Of a stretch of 64,000 nt of DNA, positions 39,820 to 50,853 are shown piece by piece. The position numbers and the translations under genes were made by a program. Numbering within the stretch: position 1 is the stretch's first letter; every line of letters starts with the position of its first letter. Under the pieces are notes generated by a model. It saw only the letters and a list, made by a program, of their open reading frames with translations, was not told the origin of the DNA and searched no databases. Origin of the DNA: a candidate division FCPU426 bacterium (GTDB lineage: Bacteria > Oederibacteriota > Muellerivitia > Muellerivitales > Muellerivitaceae). The stretch spans positions 1 to 64,000 of the forward strand of contig CAVTWJ010000013.1 of the NCBI GenBank assembly GCA_963738405.1, read 5' to 3'.

Positions 39820-41022
39820 GTGTTAGGGGCTTTGTCAATGAACGGAGTCGCAGGGTTGAGGACAAAAACCTTTCGGAACTTGTTTTTTTGTTTTTTAGGA
39901 TTGGCGTTCTTTCCCGCTTATCTTGCGTGGGCCCAATGCCCCAATAATCCAATCCTCACACCTACTTCTTGGCATGGGGCCGGAGTGACCGCTTCCTATA
40001 GCAACATCACTAATCTTTATACGGTCATTGGAAATGGAAACAATTCATTCGGACAAGGTGTTGAAACCGGATATGCGGATTTGACTACTTTCCCTGGAAA
40101 CGGCCAAATTCAGGCTGAGGTTACGAACATTACAGGAAACATAGGTTTTAATCTGGATGCCGCCGGTATCTTTATTCGGGGAAACAACGGTGCCGGTCCC
40201 GATGGAGGGCTTATATGGATTTGGGGTGCGGGAAGCAATCAATACCAGGTCGCTTCCAGGGTAAAGGATGGTCCCCTAACCCAACTTCAGTCCGGCCCCT
40301 GTTCATTGGCCTATTGGCTGAGAATTCAAAACTCTGGGAATGTTCTTTATCCGGCGGTTTCGACCGACGGCAGTACCTGGACGCTCTTGCCGGTCTTGGA
40401 CATGACTTCCGACGCCGAATTTTCTGCGGGCAGCACCTTGGCCTACGGCTTGTTCGTTTGGAGTGGAAGCGTAAGTCAGCCGACCACTGCTGTTTTCGGC
40501 AATGTTTGTGTTAATAATTCGTTCACGCCCTATCCCACCTTAACCCCGGCGGTGACCCCGACCTGGACAACAACGCCAGCCCCTACGGGCACCTTTACAG
40601 TGACCTTTTCCCCGACTCCCAGTACCACGGGTTCCCCCACCGCTACTCCCAGTGGAACTTGGAACTCTACCCCGACGGCGACCCGAACCCCTACCTTAAC
40701 TTCGATTCCTACTGCTACCCTGTCGCCTACCCCTACTCCTCTTCCCCCGACGGGTGTCAAGGTTTGGCCCAATCCCTTTACTCCACAGCTTTCCACGAAT
40801 AACGTGACCCATTTCCTTCTGGCTCCTGGTCATGGAGCCGGGCGGTTAATGGTCGCCAACCTGCGGAGGCGACAGATCCGTTCCTTTGATTTTGGACCGG
40901 GAGCGGATATCCAATGGGATGGAAGAGATAACGGCGACAACGTAGTTTCTTCTGGGGTCTATCTTTATCTTTTGGAATCGGATGGCACTGTGCGGCGGGG
41001 AACCGTTACCGTGATGCGATGA
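39820..41022 (+). CDS. Secreted lectin/ConA-like (DUF1349-like) protein with T/P linker and T9SS/FlgD-like C-terminal domain
   Basis: AAGIFIR, YWLRIQ.SGN and VSTDGSTW motifs; WPNPFTP...WDGRD..SSGVYLY...TVTVMR tail; start uncertain. Confidence 0.75.
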   Translation: MLGALSMNGVAGLRTKTFRNLFFCFLGLAFFPAYLAWAQCPNNPILTPTSWHGAGVTASYSNITNLYTVIGNGNNSFGQGVETGYADLTTFPGNGQIQAEVTNITGNIGFNLDAAGIFIRGNNGAGPDGGLIWIWGAGSNQYQVASRVKDGPLTQLQSGPCSLAYWLRIQNSGNVLYPAVSTDGSTWTLLPVLDMTSDAEFSAGSTLAYGLFVWSGSVSQPTTAVFGNVCVNNSFTPYPTLTPAVTPTWTTTPAPTGTFTVTFSPTPSTTGSPTATPSGTWNSTPTATRTPTLTSIPTATLSPTPTPLPPTGVKVWPNPFTPQLSTNNVTHFLLAPGHGAGRLMVANLRRRQIRSFDFGPGADIQWDGRDNGDNVVSSGVYLYLLESDGTVRRGTVTVMR

Positions 41023-42872
41023 GTGGAGAAAAGGTCTACCATAGGGGCATGAAAAGACCGCCGCGGACTACCCCACGTCCGGTTACAAAAAAAAACATTT
41101 ATTATCTTCAGCTGTGTCTTTGCATTTTCGTGGCTACTCCCATTTGTCTGAAAGCCCAGTCCTCTTTTTTAGATTTCTGTCCGCCCGCCCGGGAAGCGGC
41201 GCTGGGCGGAAATGGAGTGGCTTTACCCGAAGGTATCTCCAGCCTGGCTTTCAACCCGGCGGGACTGGGGAACCTGAGTCTTTTTAAGGTTTCGGCTCGT
41301 TATGAAAATCTCTTTTCGGGGATCGAGGGGGATGATCTTTCCACAGGGAACCTTTCAGCCGTTCTTCCACTTGAATCGGGCGATGGAATTGGATTTTCTC
41401 TGGACCATTTCGGCTCCAATAACCTTGAACAAGACCGGTTGCAGGCGGCTTTCGGAAAGAGTTTTGAGGCCAGTTCCTTTCTCCATTCCCTGCGTCTGGG
41501 CTTCGATCTGTCTTTTATGCGCCAGCAATTCATTCTTCTGGCCCCCTTGGCGGGGGTGAACCCCGCCAACGTTTCGGCAAGCGCCTTTTCGATGGGGGCC
41601 GGCGCCCTTTATGACGCTTTCCCCTGGGCGACCCTGGGACTTTCCGCTGAGAATTTAAACCAGCCGAACCTGGGTGTGGTGGGAATTGATGAAATTCCCC
41701 TGTTGGTCCGCTATGGAGTGGCGGTCCGGCCAAGCGTTGGAGAGGATCATCTAGTGCTTAATCTTTCTCAATCCTGGAGCGGGGGCGACTTGGAGACCCA
41801 GGCAGGCGCCGAATGGAATTTCACCCATTGGGGCGTGTCCCTTCGGGTGGGAGGTGATTCGAACATGGGGGTGGCCGGATTCGGCTGGCAAAACGACGGC
41901 TTGACTATCGACTACGCCTATCAATTTTCATGGAACGAAGCGCCTTCTTTGGACGGGGTGGGGCTTCCGGGAAGCCATCTGTTGGAAGTGGGTTTTTCCT
42001 GGGGAACGACGACCCGGGATGAAAAGGTCTTCCAGGATCTGTTGTTTAAGGGTCAGCAGGCGTCGAAGGACAAAAAATGGAAAGAAGCCTTTTGGTATTT
42101 TCAGCAGGCTTCCTTGCTCCAGCCGGACAATCCCACGGTTCTCCAGGGCCGTTCCGAATCCCTGCGGCAATACAACCTCCAGCGGGCGGAAACCTATTAT
42201 CAGGAAGGGCTTCATGACGAGGGGCAGGGTAATTTCGGTGAGGCGAAACGAGATTATGAATGGGCCGTTTCCCTTGCGCCGGGAGAAGGCACCTATTCTA
42301 TTGCCAGGGACCGAATGAAAAAGGCCCTCACCCAGGGGGCCTTGGGGGATGCCCGGGTCAGGGACCTGTTAGAAAAATCGGTCAAGCTCTTTAAAAAGGG
42401 CGAAAGGGACTCGGCCTTGAAAAAAATCAAGGAAGCGCAGGTTCTATATCCCGAGGACGCCTTCCTCCAATTTGTGGCGAAGGCCTTTGCCCGAAAGGAT
42501 GTTTCGCCGACCGACAAGGAAAGTAAAAAAATCCAACAGCTATCCGCGGAGGCCGAAATTTTCCGGAGCAAAGGACGTTTGGATCTGGCCCGGGATACCT
42601 GGCAGGAAATTCTGAAATCGGACCCCGCCAACGGATTGGCCAAGGAGAATTTGTCGGAAAGCAATTCTTCCGAAACAACCTCCAATCTGACCGAATCCCA
42701 AAAAGCACAAGTCCAGACGCTTTTGCAGAGGGGCTTGAAAGCTTACGCCGACGGGGACACGGAAGCGGCGTTGAATGATTGGCAGGAAGTCCTTCAGATT
42801 GACCCGGTTAACGTGAATGCCTTGAACAACCTGACACGGGTCAAGATGGAAGAAGGGGAAGGCAAAAAATGA
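41019..42872 (+). CDS. PorV/PorQ-like outer-membrane barrel fused to C-terminal TPRs
   Basis: AREAALGG...SLAFNPAGL plug motif, LGLSAENLN, LRVG, IDYAY and GSH barrel strands; about 280 aa of TPRs. Confidence 0.75.
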   Translation: MSGEKVYHRGMKRPPRTTPRPVTKKNIYYLQLCLCIFVATPICLKAQSSFLDFCPPAREAALGGNGVALPEGISSLAFNPAGLGNLSLFKVSARYENLFSGIEGDDLSTGNLSAVLPLESGDGIGFSLDHFGSNNLEQDRLQAAFGKSFEASSFLHSLRLGFDLSFMRQQFILLAPLAGVNPANVSASAFSMGAGALYDAFPWATLGLSAENLNQPNLGVVGIDEIPLLVRYGVAVRPSVGEDHLVLNLSQSWSGGDLETQAGAEWNFTHWGVSLRVGGDSNMGVAGFGWQNDGLTIDYAYQFSWNEAPSLDGVGLPGSHLLEVGFSWGTTTRDEKVFQDLLFKGQQASKDKKWKEAFWYFQQASLLQPDNPTVLQGRSESLRQYNLQRAETYYQEGLHDEGQGNFGEAKRDYEWAVSLAPGEGTYSIARDRMKKALTQGALGDARVRDLLEKSVKLFKKGERDSALKKIKEAQVLYPEDAFLQFVAKAFARKDVSPTDKESKKIQQLSAEAEIFRSKGRLDLARDTWQEILKSDPANGLAKENLSESNSSETTSNLTESQKAQVQTLLQRGLKAYADGDTEAALNDWQEVLQIDPVNVNALNNLTRVKMEEGEGKK

Positions 42873-44281
42873 AGCTAACGACCCGGTTTTCACTCAGCCA
42901 CAGCGGGGTCGTTGTGGTGGCCCTTCTTGTTAGTTTTTTACTCGTATATGAGGGGTCGCGTTATTTGTACCTTCGACAAGCCAAGCAGAGTCAGGCTCAG
43001 GAAATTTCCGATTTTGCTCTCGCTGCCAAGGAATCCTTGATTCAACACGAAGACGTGGCGGTCTTGAATTTCATGAAATCTGTGGTGAAAAATCCTACGG
43101 TAGCCTACGCGGCCTATTCCAATCCCGCCGCCGGAATGCCCGTTGTGTTGCCGTTGGAATTCCAGAAGGAAGTGTTTCCCTCCGGAATGGTCAAATGGGG
43201 CTCCGATAAAAACCCTTCGTCCCGGCGCCTTCGAAACGGCCTAGAGGTCTTGGAGTGGACAGGATCGGTTCCGGTGGGCAACGGAATGATGAGTCATGTA
43301 TGGCTGGGTTATTCCGTCGCGGCCATGAACCGTGATCTGGAAGAGCAAACGGCGAGGTGGATGCGGTTGGAATTGGAGGCGGGTGTCGCCGCGCTGCTCG
43401 TGGGTTTATTGGTGTCCATAACCCTGGGCCTTCAGATGGCTGCTCCCCTGAAAAAAATCAGCAATGGAACCCATTTGGTTCGGTCGGGCCAGTTGGGATC
43501 CCTGGTGGGAGTCAAGCGCAACGATGAGATCGGGGACTTGGCCCGGGATTTCAATGCCATGGTAGTTCAGCTCAAGGAGTTGGATGAAATGAAAAGGGAC
43601 TTTATGGCGGGGGTCACCCACGACTTGGGAACTCCCCTCCACGCGATCCGAAGCGCCATCAATTATCTCCAGGCCGGGGACGCGGGACCGCTGACTGAAA
43701 AACAAACGGAATATCTTTTGTTGGTCGCCAACAGTACGGCCCACTTGACTGCCTTTATCAACAATCTTTTGACGACCGCGCGCATTGAGGCGGCAAAAGT
43801 GGACCCCTATCCGGAACCGGTGGATGTCTTCGCCCATGTCAAGGAACTGGTGACCCTCTACCAGCCCCAGGCCGCCGAGAAGGGGGTCCGGCTGACTCTC
43901 GTGAAAAAGAACCCATATATTTCACTGGTCGCGGATGTGACCATGTTCCGCCAAATCGTCCTGAACCTTATTTCCAACGCCCTGAAATTCACGTCCCGGG
44001 GGGAAGTGGATGTCATTCTGTCGGAGGAGGACGGGGACTTTATCCTGGAAGTCAGGGATACGGGAATCGGTATTGATCCCGCCCACCACCAGCTTATCTT
44101 TGATAAATTTTACCGGGTTCACCAGCCGCCGGGAACGCCCGCTCGTCAGGGAAGCGGGCTGGGCCTGACAATCGTTAAGGGTTTAACCGAAGCCCATGGT
44201 GGAAAAGTGGTGGTGGAGAGCGCGCTGGGGAAGGGAAGCGATTTTAAAGTGATCCTACCCAAGCAACCAAGGAGAGGTTGA
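42869..44281 (+). CDS. HAMP-domain sensor histidine kinase
   Basis: Two TM helices, DEIGDLARDFN, THDLGTPL, NLISNALKF, DTGIG and GSGLGL motifs. Confidence 0.95.
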   Translation: MKLTTRFSLSHSGVVVVALLVSFLLVYEGSRYLYLRQAKQSQAQEISDFALAAKESLIQHEDVAVLNFMKSVVKNPTVAYAAYSNPAAGMPVVLPLEFQKEVFPSGMVKWGSDKNPSSRRLRNGLEVLEWTGSVPVGNGMMSHVWLGYSVAAMNRDLEEQTARWMRLELEAGVAALLVGLLVSITLGLQMAAPLKKISNGTHLVRSGQLGSLVGVKRNDEIGDLARDFNAMVVQLKELDEMKRDFMAGVTHDLGTPLHAIRSAINYLQAGDAGPLTEKQTEYLLLVANSTAHLTAFINNLLTTARIEAAKVDPYPEPVDVFAHVKELVTLYQPQAAEKGVRLTLVKKNPYISLVADVTMFRQIVLNLISNALKFTSRGEVDVILSEEDGDFILEVRDTGIGIDPAHHQLIFDKFYRVHQPPGTPARQGSGLGLTIVKGLTEAHGGKVVVESALGKGSDFKVILPKQPRRG

Positions 44282-44344
44282 AATGAAAACCTATGGGCGC
44301 GTCGATTTCTATCTATCTCAATCCGCCGGATTAGGGGAGGAAAC

Positions 44345-45037
44345 ATGAAACAACCTTCGATACTCATGATTGAAGACGACCCATCCGTTTCAACCTTAAC
44401 TCGTGACCTTTTTTTAAAAGAAGGGTACAAAGTTCGTATGTCGTCCAAGGCCATGGAAGGCTGGGACATTCTCCAAAAGGAAGAATTTGACCTTTTAATA
44501 CTAGATTTGGGTTTGCCGGATATGAACGGCTTGGATCTTTGCAACAAGATCAAGAGGGATCCGGCTCGGGGACAAATTCCTATTTTTATCCTGACGGCCT
44601 TAGGTTCCTCGGAGGATATCGTCAAAGGTTTGGAAGCGGGCGCCGAGGACTATCTTTCCAAGCCTTTCAACGAGCGGGAATTTTTGGCCCGGGCCCGGGC
44701 GATCTTGCGGAGGCACGATCCGCTTGTCACGAAGGATGAACAAATCATTTCCGGGAAAATTAAATTGTCCTCCGCGTCCCACGAGGCTTGGAGTTCGGAC
44801 GCGCCGATCCAGCTCACCCTTCGGGAATTCGATATTCTTCGTGTCTTTCTTCTCAATCCGGGAAAGACCCTGACGCGGGAAGAAATGGTGAGGATGGCAT
44901 GGGGACCCGCCACAACGATTGTTTCCAAAGTGGTGGACGTTCACGTTGGCCACCTGCGCGCGAAGTTGGGGGCGGAAGGAAAAAGAATCGCTACCGTTCC
45001 TCAAGTTGGATACAAGCTGGTTCCTGTTAAGTCCTGA
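44345..45037 (+). CDS. OmpR/PhoB family response regulator
   Basis: IEDD, LDLGLP, KPF, LTLREF and VDVHVGHLRAKL motifs. Confidence 0.95.
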   Translation: MKQPSILMIEDDPSVSTLTRDLFLKEGYKVRMSSKAMEGWDILQKEEFDLLILDLGLPDMNGLDLCNKIKRDPARGQIPIFILTALGSSEDIVKGLEAGAEDYLSKPFNEREFLARARAILRRHDPLVTKDEQIISGKIKLSSASHEAWSSDAPIQLTLREFDILRVFLLNPGKTLTREEMVRMAWGPATTIVSKVVDVHVGHLRAKLGAEGKRIATVPQVGYKLVPVKS

Positions 45038-45353
45038 CACGCCTCGCGCTAAAACCCGAAAAAATTTCACGACCTTCCGAAAAATATTCTTTCAAAAACT
45101 TTTTAAAAATTTTTCCGCCCGCCCACAATCTGTTAAACGTCAAACACTCTGAAAAAACGTTTCGAGCCGAAACCGCTTTCATGAATTGGATCGGTTTAAG
45201 CAAATATCGATATGAGTTCTTTACCACATCTATACCGCTTCTTTACCAGGCCCTTAAGGAATTGCGGGTAACCTTACATCAAGCGACAAACGATTTCTGA
45301 ATTTCCAGTTCCTGCCGGAATGGAATAAATAAAAAAATGCTTTCTGAAACCGA

Positions 45354-48300
45354 TTGAACTCGGTTCGAGGATGTTCAATGGCCGTTACGGGGATGAATGT
45401 GGGTGCTTCCGTTGAATCGGCGGGCACTTTCAAAAAAATAAAATTATTTTTGATTCGATTGAAAAATGTTTTTTTCAGTGTATGGAAGCTTTTGTGCTTA
45501 AAACCTTCCGGCTGTGTTCGACCGCATTTCACTTTCCTCATAATTTTGTCGTTTATCTTATTTGCTTCTTCTCATGCGAAGGCCCAAGTTTGGCCCAACG
45601 GTTGTTTCACCAGCGGCCTCACTGATTGGTCGTCGGTGGTGAATGCAGGTACGAACGCCACTGCGGGAGGGTTGAATGGTGTAGGCGGCACTGGCAATTG
45701 CGTCGGCCAGGTTCTCCAGGTAACAAATGCCACGGTCTATCCGGGGCAAACGGCCCCCGGCTTCGCCCCGAATTCAAACGGATTGCTTCCCATGGTGCCC
45801 CCGGGCCAAACGACGGCCGTACAGCTCTTCTCCGGCCATGGCGACCAAAACCACAGCGACTGGGCTAGGGTTTGCCAGACAACAACCGTTCCCACCAATG
45901 GAAACACCTGTTTGAACTTTCTTCTGGCCGGGGTTTTTGAGAACTACCATTTTAATAATCCTGGACAGCGCGCGGATGACGCCTTCATGGAAGTTCGTAT
46001 TGTTCTGGGGGCGGCCAATTGCAACGCTCAGCCACCCGCAAATCCGGTCATTTATGACCTTGTGGTTAATTGGATATACCTTAACGGATCGGGTCTTCTC
46101 CAGTTGGACGGACTTGAAGGAAACGGGGCCGGAACCTATGGGACCGCTACCGCCTGTCAGGTGAACGGCGATAACCCCCCCAATGACCCTTGCGATTGGG
46201 GAATCCTTCCCTGGACCCCCTACGAACTGAACCTTTGCCAATACGCCGGCCAACAAATCACCATTGAGGTATCGACCTACGATTGCCTGGAGAGCGGACA
46301 CTATTGCTGGGGTTATTTTGACTGTCCGACCTGGGGCTCTTGTGCCCCCGCTCCCGTCACTTTAACAAAATCCAACAGTCCAACCGGTCGAGTAAGCGAG
46401 GGTCAAACCATCACCTATACTCTGAATTATCAAAACACGAGTTCAACACAATTCACCGATGGAGTCGTGATCTATGACACGATTCCCACCGGCACGGGCT
46501 ATGTGACCGACTCCCAAGCCAGCAACCCCTATATGCCGGTGACCTTTGCCAACACGTCCGGCCGGGGGGTCGTGAGTTTGGTAGGATGGGACATAGGATA
46601 TTTAAAACCGCTGGCGTCGGGAACCCTTTCCTTTGCTGTGACTGTTGGCCCCTTGGCTAACGGCGCATGCGCAGAAACGATCGTCAACCAGGCGGCAGAG
46701 ACCGACGACCTTACTTGTTATTTGGTTCCGAATATATTGACATCCAATTCCGTTACCAATGTTGTGGGCTATACCTGCACACCAAGCCCCACTAAAACTG
46801 CGACGCCGTCACCTACCAACACCATCACCCCGACACCCAGTAAGACTCCAACCCTCACCCCCACGAACACTCCAACACCAACTCCTACGAATACCCCAAC
46901 TAACACACCTACGCCCACGCCCACTTGGACTCCCACGAATACGCCCACCTATACACCGACTCCAACCCCCACGAACACTCCGACGGAAACACCAACTCCC
47001 ACCGACACAAAGACTCCTACTAATACCCCTACGAATACTCCAACCCCTACCCCAACCAACACTCCGACGAATACTCCAACAGTTACTCTCACCCGCACCC
47101 CCACTAATACCTATACCCAAACACCGACTCCTACTCCTTCTAATACTCCTACCGACACGCCGACTCCGACTAATACCCGGACGCCCACCAATACGCCGAC
47201 CCAAACCCCGACACCCACACCCACCAACACTCCAACGGATACCCTGACCGCGACTCCAACCCGGACTCCTACCAATACACCCACGGTCACCCATACTCCC
47301 GTTTTTACCTACACCCAAACCCCCACGAGTACTCCCACCAACACGCCCACTGTGACCTTTACGCCTACTCCCACCAACACACCGACGAATACCCCCACGC
47401 CCACCCCAACCTTTACACCCACCCTGACACCCACTCAAACCTTCACCCCGACTCCGACCATTACCCCCACGAATACCTTTACCGCCACACCGACCGCAAC
47501 CCCGACCAATACCCGTACGATCACTTGGACCGCGACGCCTACGGTAACACCCACCAATACCTTTACGCCGACCTCAACCCTGACGCCCACCAATACTCCG
47601 ACGACGACACCGACCCGCACTCCCACGAATTCGTCTACTTTTACCCCCACGGTAACCCCGACCTATACGGCAACCAACACCTTCACCTGGACCATTACTT
47701 GGACGCCAAGCTGGACTCAAACCCCCACCTCAACCCCCACCATGACCCCGACCCCCAGCCCCACGCCTGTTTATTTACTCACCAAACAAGCGTCGAAATA
47801 CACCGCTACCTCCGGTGACCTGGTAGTCTTCCAGCTCAACCTTTATCTTCCTAATTCCATACCCGCAGGCGCCGTGATTACCGACCAACTTCCGGTGGAT
47901 GTCAATTTCAAGGACTTCCAACAGAGCCCCTCCGGCTCTACCGCCTCCCAAACCGGTTCCACCCTCAGCTGGACCTTGCCCGCCCTTCCAGCCGGGGTCT
48001 ATCCCTTTACTTACGAGGTGGGAATCGATAATTTCCTTCCCAATGGGGAACAGTTGGTGAACACCGCGGTATTTAACTCATCCTCCCTGCCGCCCCTTTC
48101 CGCCGCCGCGACGGTTCTCACGGTGGGGCAGTACGTCATCAAGTTGGGTGTCTATAACGAGGCCGGGGAATTGATTTACAGCTTCCCGGTCACCACCATG
48201 ACCCAGCCCGTCGGGTCGCTCCAGGCGCCCCTAACCGTCCTCCAAACGGCAACTGATGTGGTGAAGATCTATTTTGACGGGGCTCTTTTAGGCCAATGGA

Positions 48301-49028
48301 ACGGCAACACTAATTCGGGCACACCCGCCACCAACGGCACCTATCACGTCCAGGCGACCAGTGTTGATTCTCTCGGCACCATCAATACCACCACGCTCCA
48401 AGTGGTGGTGAACCGGTCCTACTCCCAAGTTACGGTGGAAGTGTTCAATGAAGCGGGAGAAGTGGTGCGCCATCTCTACGGCACACTGGCGGCGCCCGTG
48501 AGCGTCCAGATGGCGGGGGTCGATCTTTCCGCGGAAAGTTTCAACCCCTACGCCCCGCCGACCCAGCCTCAAGACACGGTCCTCACCATCACGGATTCTC
48601 AGGGCGCTGCGGTGTCTCTGACTTGGGATGGGCGCAATGACAGCGGTGTCGTGGTGACCACCGGAAGATACCTTCTTTCGGTTCATTGGAAGGATGGCAC
48701 CGGCGACGAACAGACCATCAATAAGTACGTGACCTTAATGGACGCGGGAGGGCCCGCGGGCTTGGTGACCGCTAGGCCGAATATCTTGAGGGGCAGGGGC
48801 GCCTCCACCCAAATCGTGGCAAGCCAGCAGGGATTGACCCTAACGGTTCAAATCTACGATTTGATGGGGGAGATGGTGGATAAGGTGGAAGGTCCGGCGG
48901 GTCAAAGCCAGGCGGTTTGGTCGGCGTTAAAAGCGGCGAGCGGCCTTTACTTGGCGGTGGTGGATCTGACGGACGCAGCGGGAAATAGGGTTTCCCGGCA
49001 GATCCTCAAGTTAGTCGTGACCCATTAA
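45354..49028 (+). CDS. Large secreted surface protein: Cys-rich domain, DUF11, TPTNTP linker, DUF11, tandem FlgD-Ig-like repeats and C-terminal domain
   Basis: Signal peptide ending AKA-Q (true start uncertain, possibly 45378 or 45459); GQTITYTL and YDTIP; two YNEAGE/FNEAGE...W.G repeats; ASGLYL...KLVVTH. Confidence 0.8.
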   Translation: MNSVRGCSMAVTGMNVGASVESAGTFKKIKLFLIRLKNVFFSVWKLLCLKPSGCVRPHFTFLIILSFILFASSHAKAQVWPNGCFTSGLTDWSSVVNAGTNATAGGLNGVGGTGNCVGQVLQVTNATVYPGQTAPGFAPNSNGLLPMVPPGQTTAVQLFSGHGDQNHSDWARVCQTTTVPTNGNTCLNFLLAGVFENYHFNNPGQRADDAFMEVRIVLGAANCNAQPPANPVIYDLVVNWIYLNGSGLLQLDGLEGNGAGTYGTATACQVNGDNPPNDPCDWGILPWTPYELNLCQYAGQQITIEVSTYDCLESGHYCWGYFDCPTWGSCAPAPVTLTKSNSPTGRVSEGQTITYTLNYQNTSSTQFTDGVVIYDTIPTGTGYVTDSQASNPYMPVTFANTSGRGVVSLVGWDIGYLKPLASGTLSFAVTVGPLANGACAETIVNQAAETDDLTCYLVPNILTSNSVTNVVGYTCTPSPTKTATPSPTNTITPTPSKTPTLTPTNTPTPTPTNTPTNTPTPTPTWTPTNTPTYTPTPTPTNTPTETPTPTDTKTPTNTPTNTPTPTPTNTPTNTPTVTLTRTPTNTYTQTPTPTPSNTPTDTPTPTNTRTPTNTPTQTPTPTPTNTPTDTLTATPTRTPTNTPTVTHTPVFTYTQTPTSTPTNTPTVTFTPTPTNTPTNTPTPTPTFTPTLTPTQTFTPTPTITPTNTFTATPTATPTNTRTITWTATPTVTPTNTFTPTSTLTPTNTPTTTPTRTPTNSSTFTPTVTPTYTATNTFTWTITWTPSWTQTPTSTPTMTPTPSPTPVYLLTKQASKYTATSGDLVVFQLNLYLPNSIPAGAVITDQLPVDVNFKDFQQSPSGSTASQTGSTLSWTLPALPAGVYPFTYEVGIDNFLPNGEQLVNTAVFNSSSLPPLSAAATVLTVGQYVIKLGVYNEAGELIYSFPVTTMTQPVGSLQAPLTVLQTATDVVKIYFDGALLGQWNGNTNSGTPATNGTYHVQATSVDSLGTINTTTLQVVVNRSYSQVTVEVFNEAGEVVRHLYGTLAAPVSVQMAGVDLSAESFNPYAPPTQPQDTVLTITDSQGAAVSLTWDGRNDSGVVVTTGRYLLSVHWKDGTGDEQTINKYVTLMDAGGPAGLVTARPNILRGRGASTQIVASQQGLTLTVQIYDLMGEMVDKVEGPAGQSQAVWSALKAASGLYLAVVDLTDAAGNRVSRQILKLVVTH

Positions 49029-49305
49029 TCTCAACATCTCCTCTGTTCTCTGGGGATGTTGAAAAAAGTTTAAGGAGAAAAGATGGAAGAAAACCTCAAC
49101 AAACGTTCAGCGGGTCAAGATGCAAATACCATCCTCGAAAAATGGTATGAGGATGTGGTTTATTCCGTCGCCGAGCAAATTGAGCTAGAACGCCAGAATG
49201 GGATTGCCGACAAAGCCAAAACCCACCCTTTTCCCTCTCAATCGTAGGATTCTTAGCCCGCCTTTGGGTATAATTCCCCGCCCATAAAAAATTGAAGGGG
49301 AATCC

Positions 49306-50853
49306 ATGACCCAGTTTCAAAGCTTTAACCGCTTTTTCGCATTCTTTCTTTCAATATCCCTCGCCTTTGCCGTGACGGCTCTTGCCGAAGAGTCCACCCC
49401 ATCAACCCCCGCCCCCGACCAAACTTCATCCGACATGAACCTTCCCGTCATTGAAAAAACTTTGAGCAATGGCTTGAAAGTCCTCGTCGTGGAAGAGCCG
49501 GGAATTCCCGTTGTGTCCTTCTCTTATATGCAGCCCGTCGGGGCCCAGGACGCTCCCAAGGGCAAAACGGGACTGCCCCATATGTTGGAACACATGATGT
49601 TCAAGGGCACCGAGACCATCGGGGCCAAAGATTACTCCAAGGAAGAACCCATCTTGGAAGAGCAGGACAAGGTGGCCGCCGAGATTAACGAAGAAAACGC
49701 CAAGTTGGAACCCAATCCCGACCGCTTGAAGGAACTGGCCGGGGAAATGAAAAAGCTTCAACTTGAAGACCGCCAATGGGTCATCAAGGACGAACTGGAT
49801 TCCATCTATACCCAAAACGGGGGCCAAAGCCTCAACGCCTGGACCAGCCAGGACGCAACTAATTACACCGTGACCCTGCCCGCCAATAAAGTAGCCCTTT
49901 ATGCCACCATCGAACAGGACCGCCTGACCCATCCGGTCTTCCGCGAGTTTTATTCCGAGCGCGACGTGGTGGCCCAGGAAAGGCGCTGGCGCACCGAATC
50001 CAGTCCTGACGGCAAGCTGGAAGAGGCGCTGGAATCCACGGCTTTTTCCGCCAGCCCCTACAAGGACCCGGCCATCGGCTGGATGGGCGACATCCACAAA
50101 CTTATGCGCCCCGACGCGGTGCAATTTTACCGAAGCTCTTACCGGCCCGACCGGGGGGTGCTGGCGGTAGTAGGCGGGGTGAAAGCGGACGAGGTTTTGC
50201 CTCTCTTTGAGAAAACCATCGGCCAGGTGCCCAACCCCGATGTGCCTCCCTTGAAGCAGGCCTGGACCCAGGAACCTCCCCAACAGGGCCCCAAAACAGT
50301 TCGGGTGTCCTTTGACGCCGACCCCATGGTAATGATGGGCTGGCATATCCCCAACTTTCCCCATAAAGACTCGGTGACGCTGGATGTGCTTTGCGACATC
50401 CTTACAAGTGGCAATACCTCTCGCCTGGTGAAGGGGCTGGAACTGGAAAAGAAGATGGTGACCTCCATCAGCGCCTCCACCGGCTATCCCGGCGATCGCT
50501 CCCCCGACTTAATGGTGATGCAGTTCAACCCCGCGCCCGGGCAAAAGGAAGACAAGATCATCTCGGCCATCGAGGCCGAAATCGCCTCCATTCAAAAGAA
50601 GGGCGTTACCCAAGAGGAAATGGACCGGGCCCGCCGGGGAACCGAATCCTCTTTTCTATGGGGCAAGACCAGCCCCTCCGGGCTGGCCACCGACCTGGCC
50701 TATAACCAGGCCGTCCATGGCGATTACCGCTACCTGGCGAAATACATCGATATGGCCAGCGCCATTACTTCGCAGGATATCCAAGCCGCCGCCAAAACCT
50801 ATCTGGTGACCGACAACCTTACGACCGCTTATTTGGAAAGGGCCAAGCCATGA
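49306..50853 (+). CDS. M16 (pitrilysin) zinc peptidase, catalytic subunit, exported
   Basis: Inverted zincin HMLEHMMFKGT; NAWTSQD; ERDVVAQERR. Confidence 0.95.
   Translation: MTQFQSFNRFFAFFLSISLAFAVTALAEESTPSTPAPDQTSSDMNLPVIEKTLSNGLKVLVVEEPGIPVVSFSYMQPVGAQDAPKGKTGLPHMLEHMMFKGTETIGAKDYSKEEPILEEQDKVAAEINEENAKLEPNPDRLKELAGEMKKLQLEDRQWVIKDELDSIYTQNGGQSLNAWTSQDATNYTVTLPANKVALYATIEQDRLTHPVFREFYSERDVVAQERRWRTESSPDGKLEEALESTAFSASPYKDPAIGWMGDIHKLMRPDAVQFYRSSYRPDRGVLAVVGGVKADEVLPLFEKTIGQVPNPDVPPLKQAWTQEPPQQGPKTVRVSFDADPMVMMGWHIPNFPHKDSVTLDVLCDILTSGNTSRLVKGLELEKKMVTSISASTGYPGDRSPDLMVMQFNPAPGQKEDKIISAIEAEIASIQKKGVTQEEMDRARRGTESSFLWGKTSPSGLATDLAYNQAVHGDYRYLAKYIDMASAITSQDIQAAAKTYLVTDNLTTAYLERAKP

Noticed and set aside
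46780..47765. Highly repetitive ACN-CCN DNA as a possible CRISPR array or satellite (also 3140-4230 and 6200-7310)
   Set aside because: Repeats are degenerate at third codon positions inside long ORFs; no constant repeat with unique spacers; no cas genes
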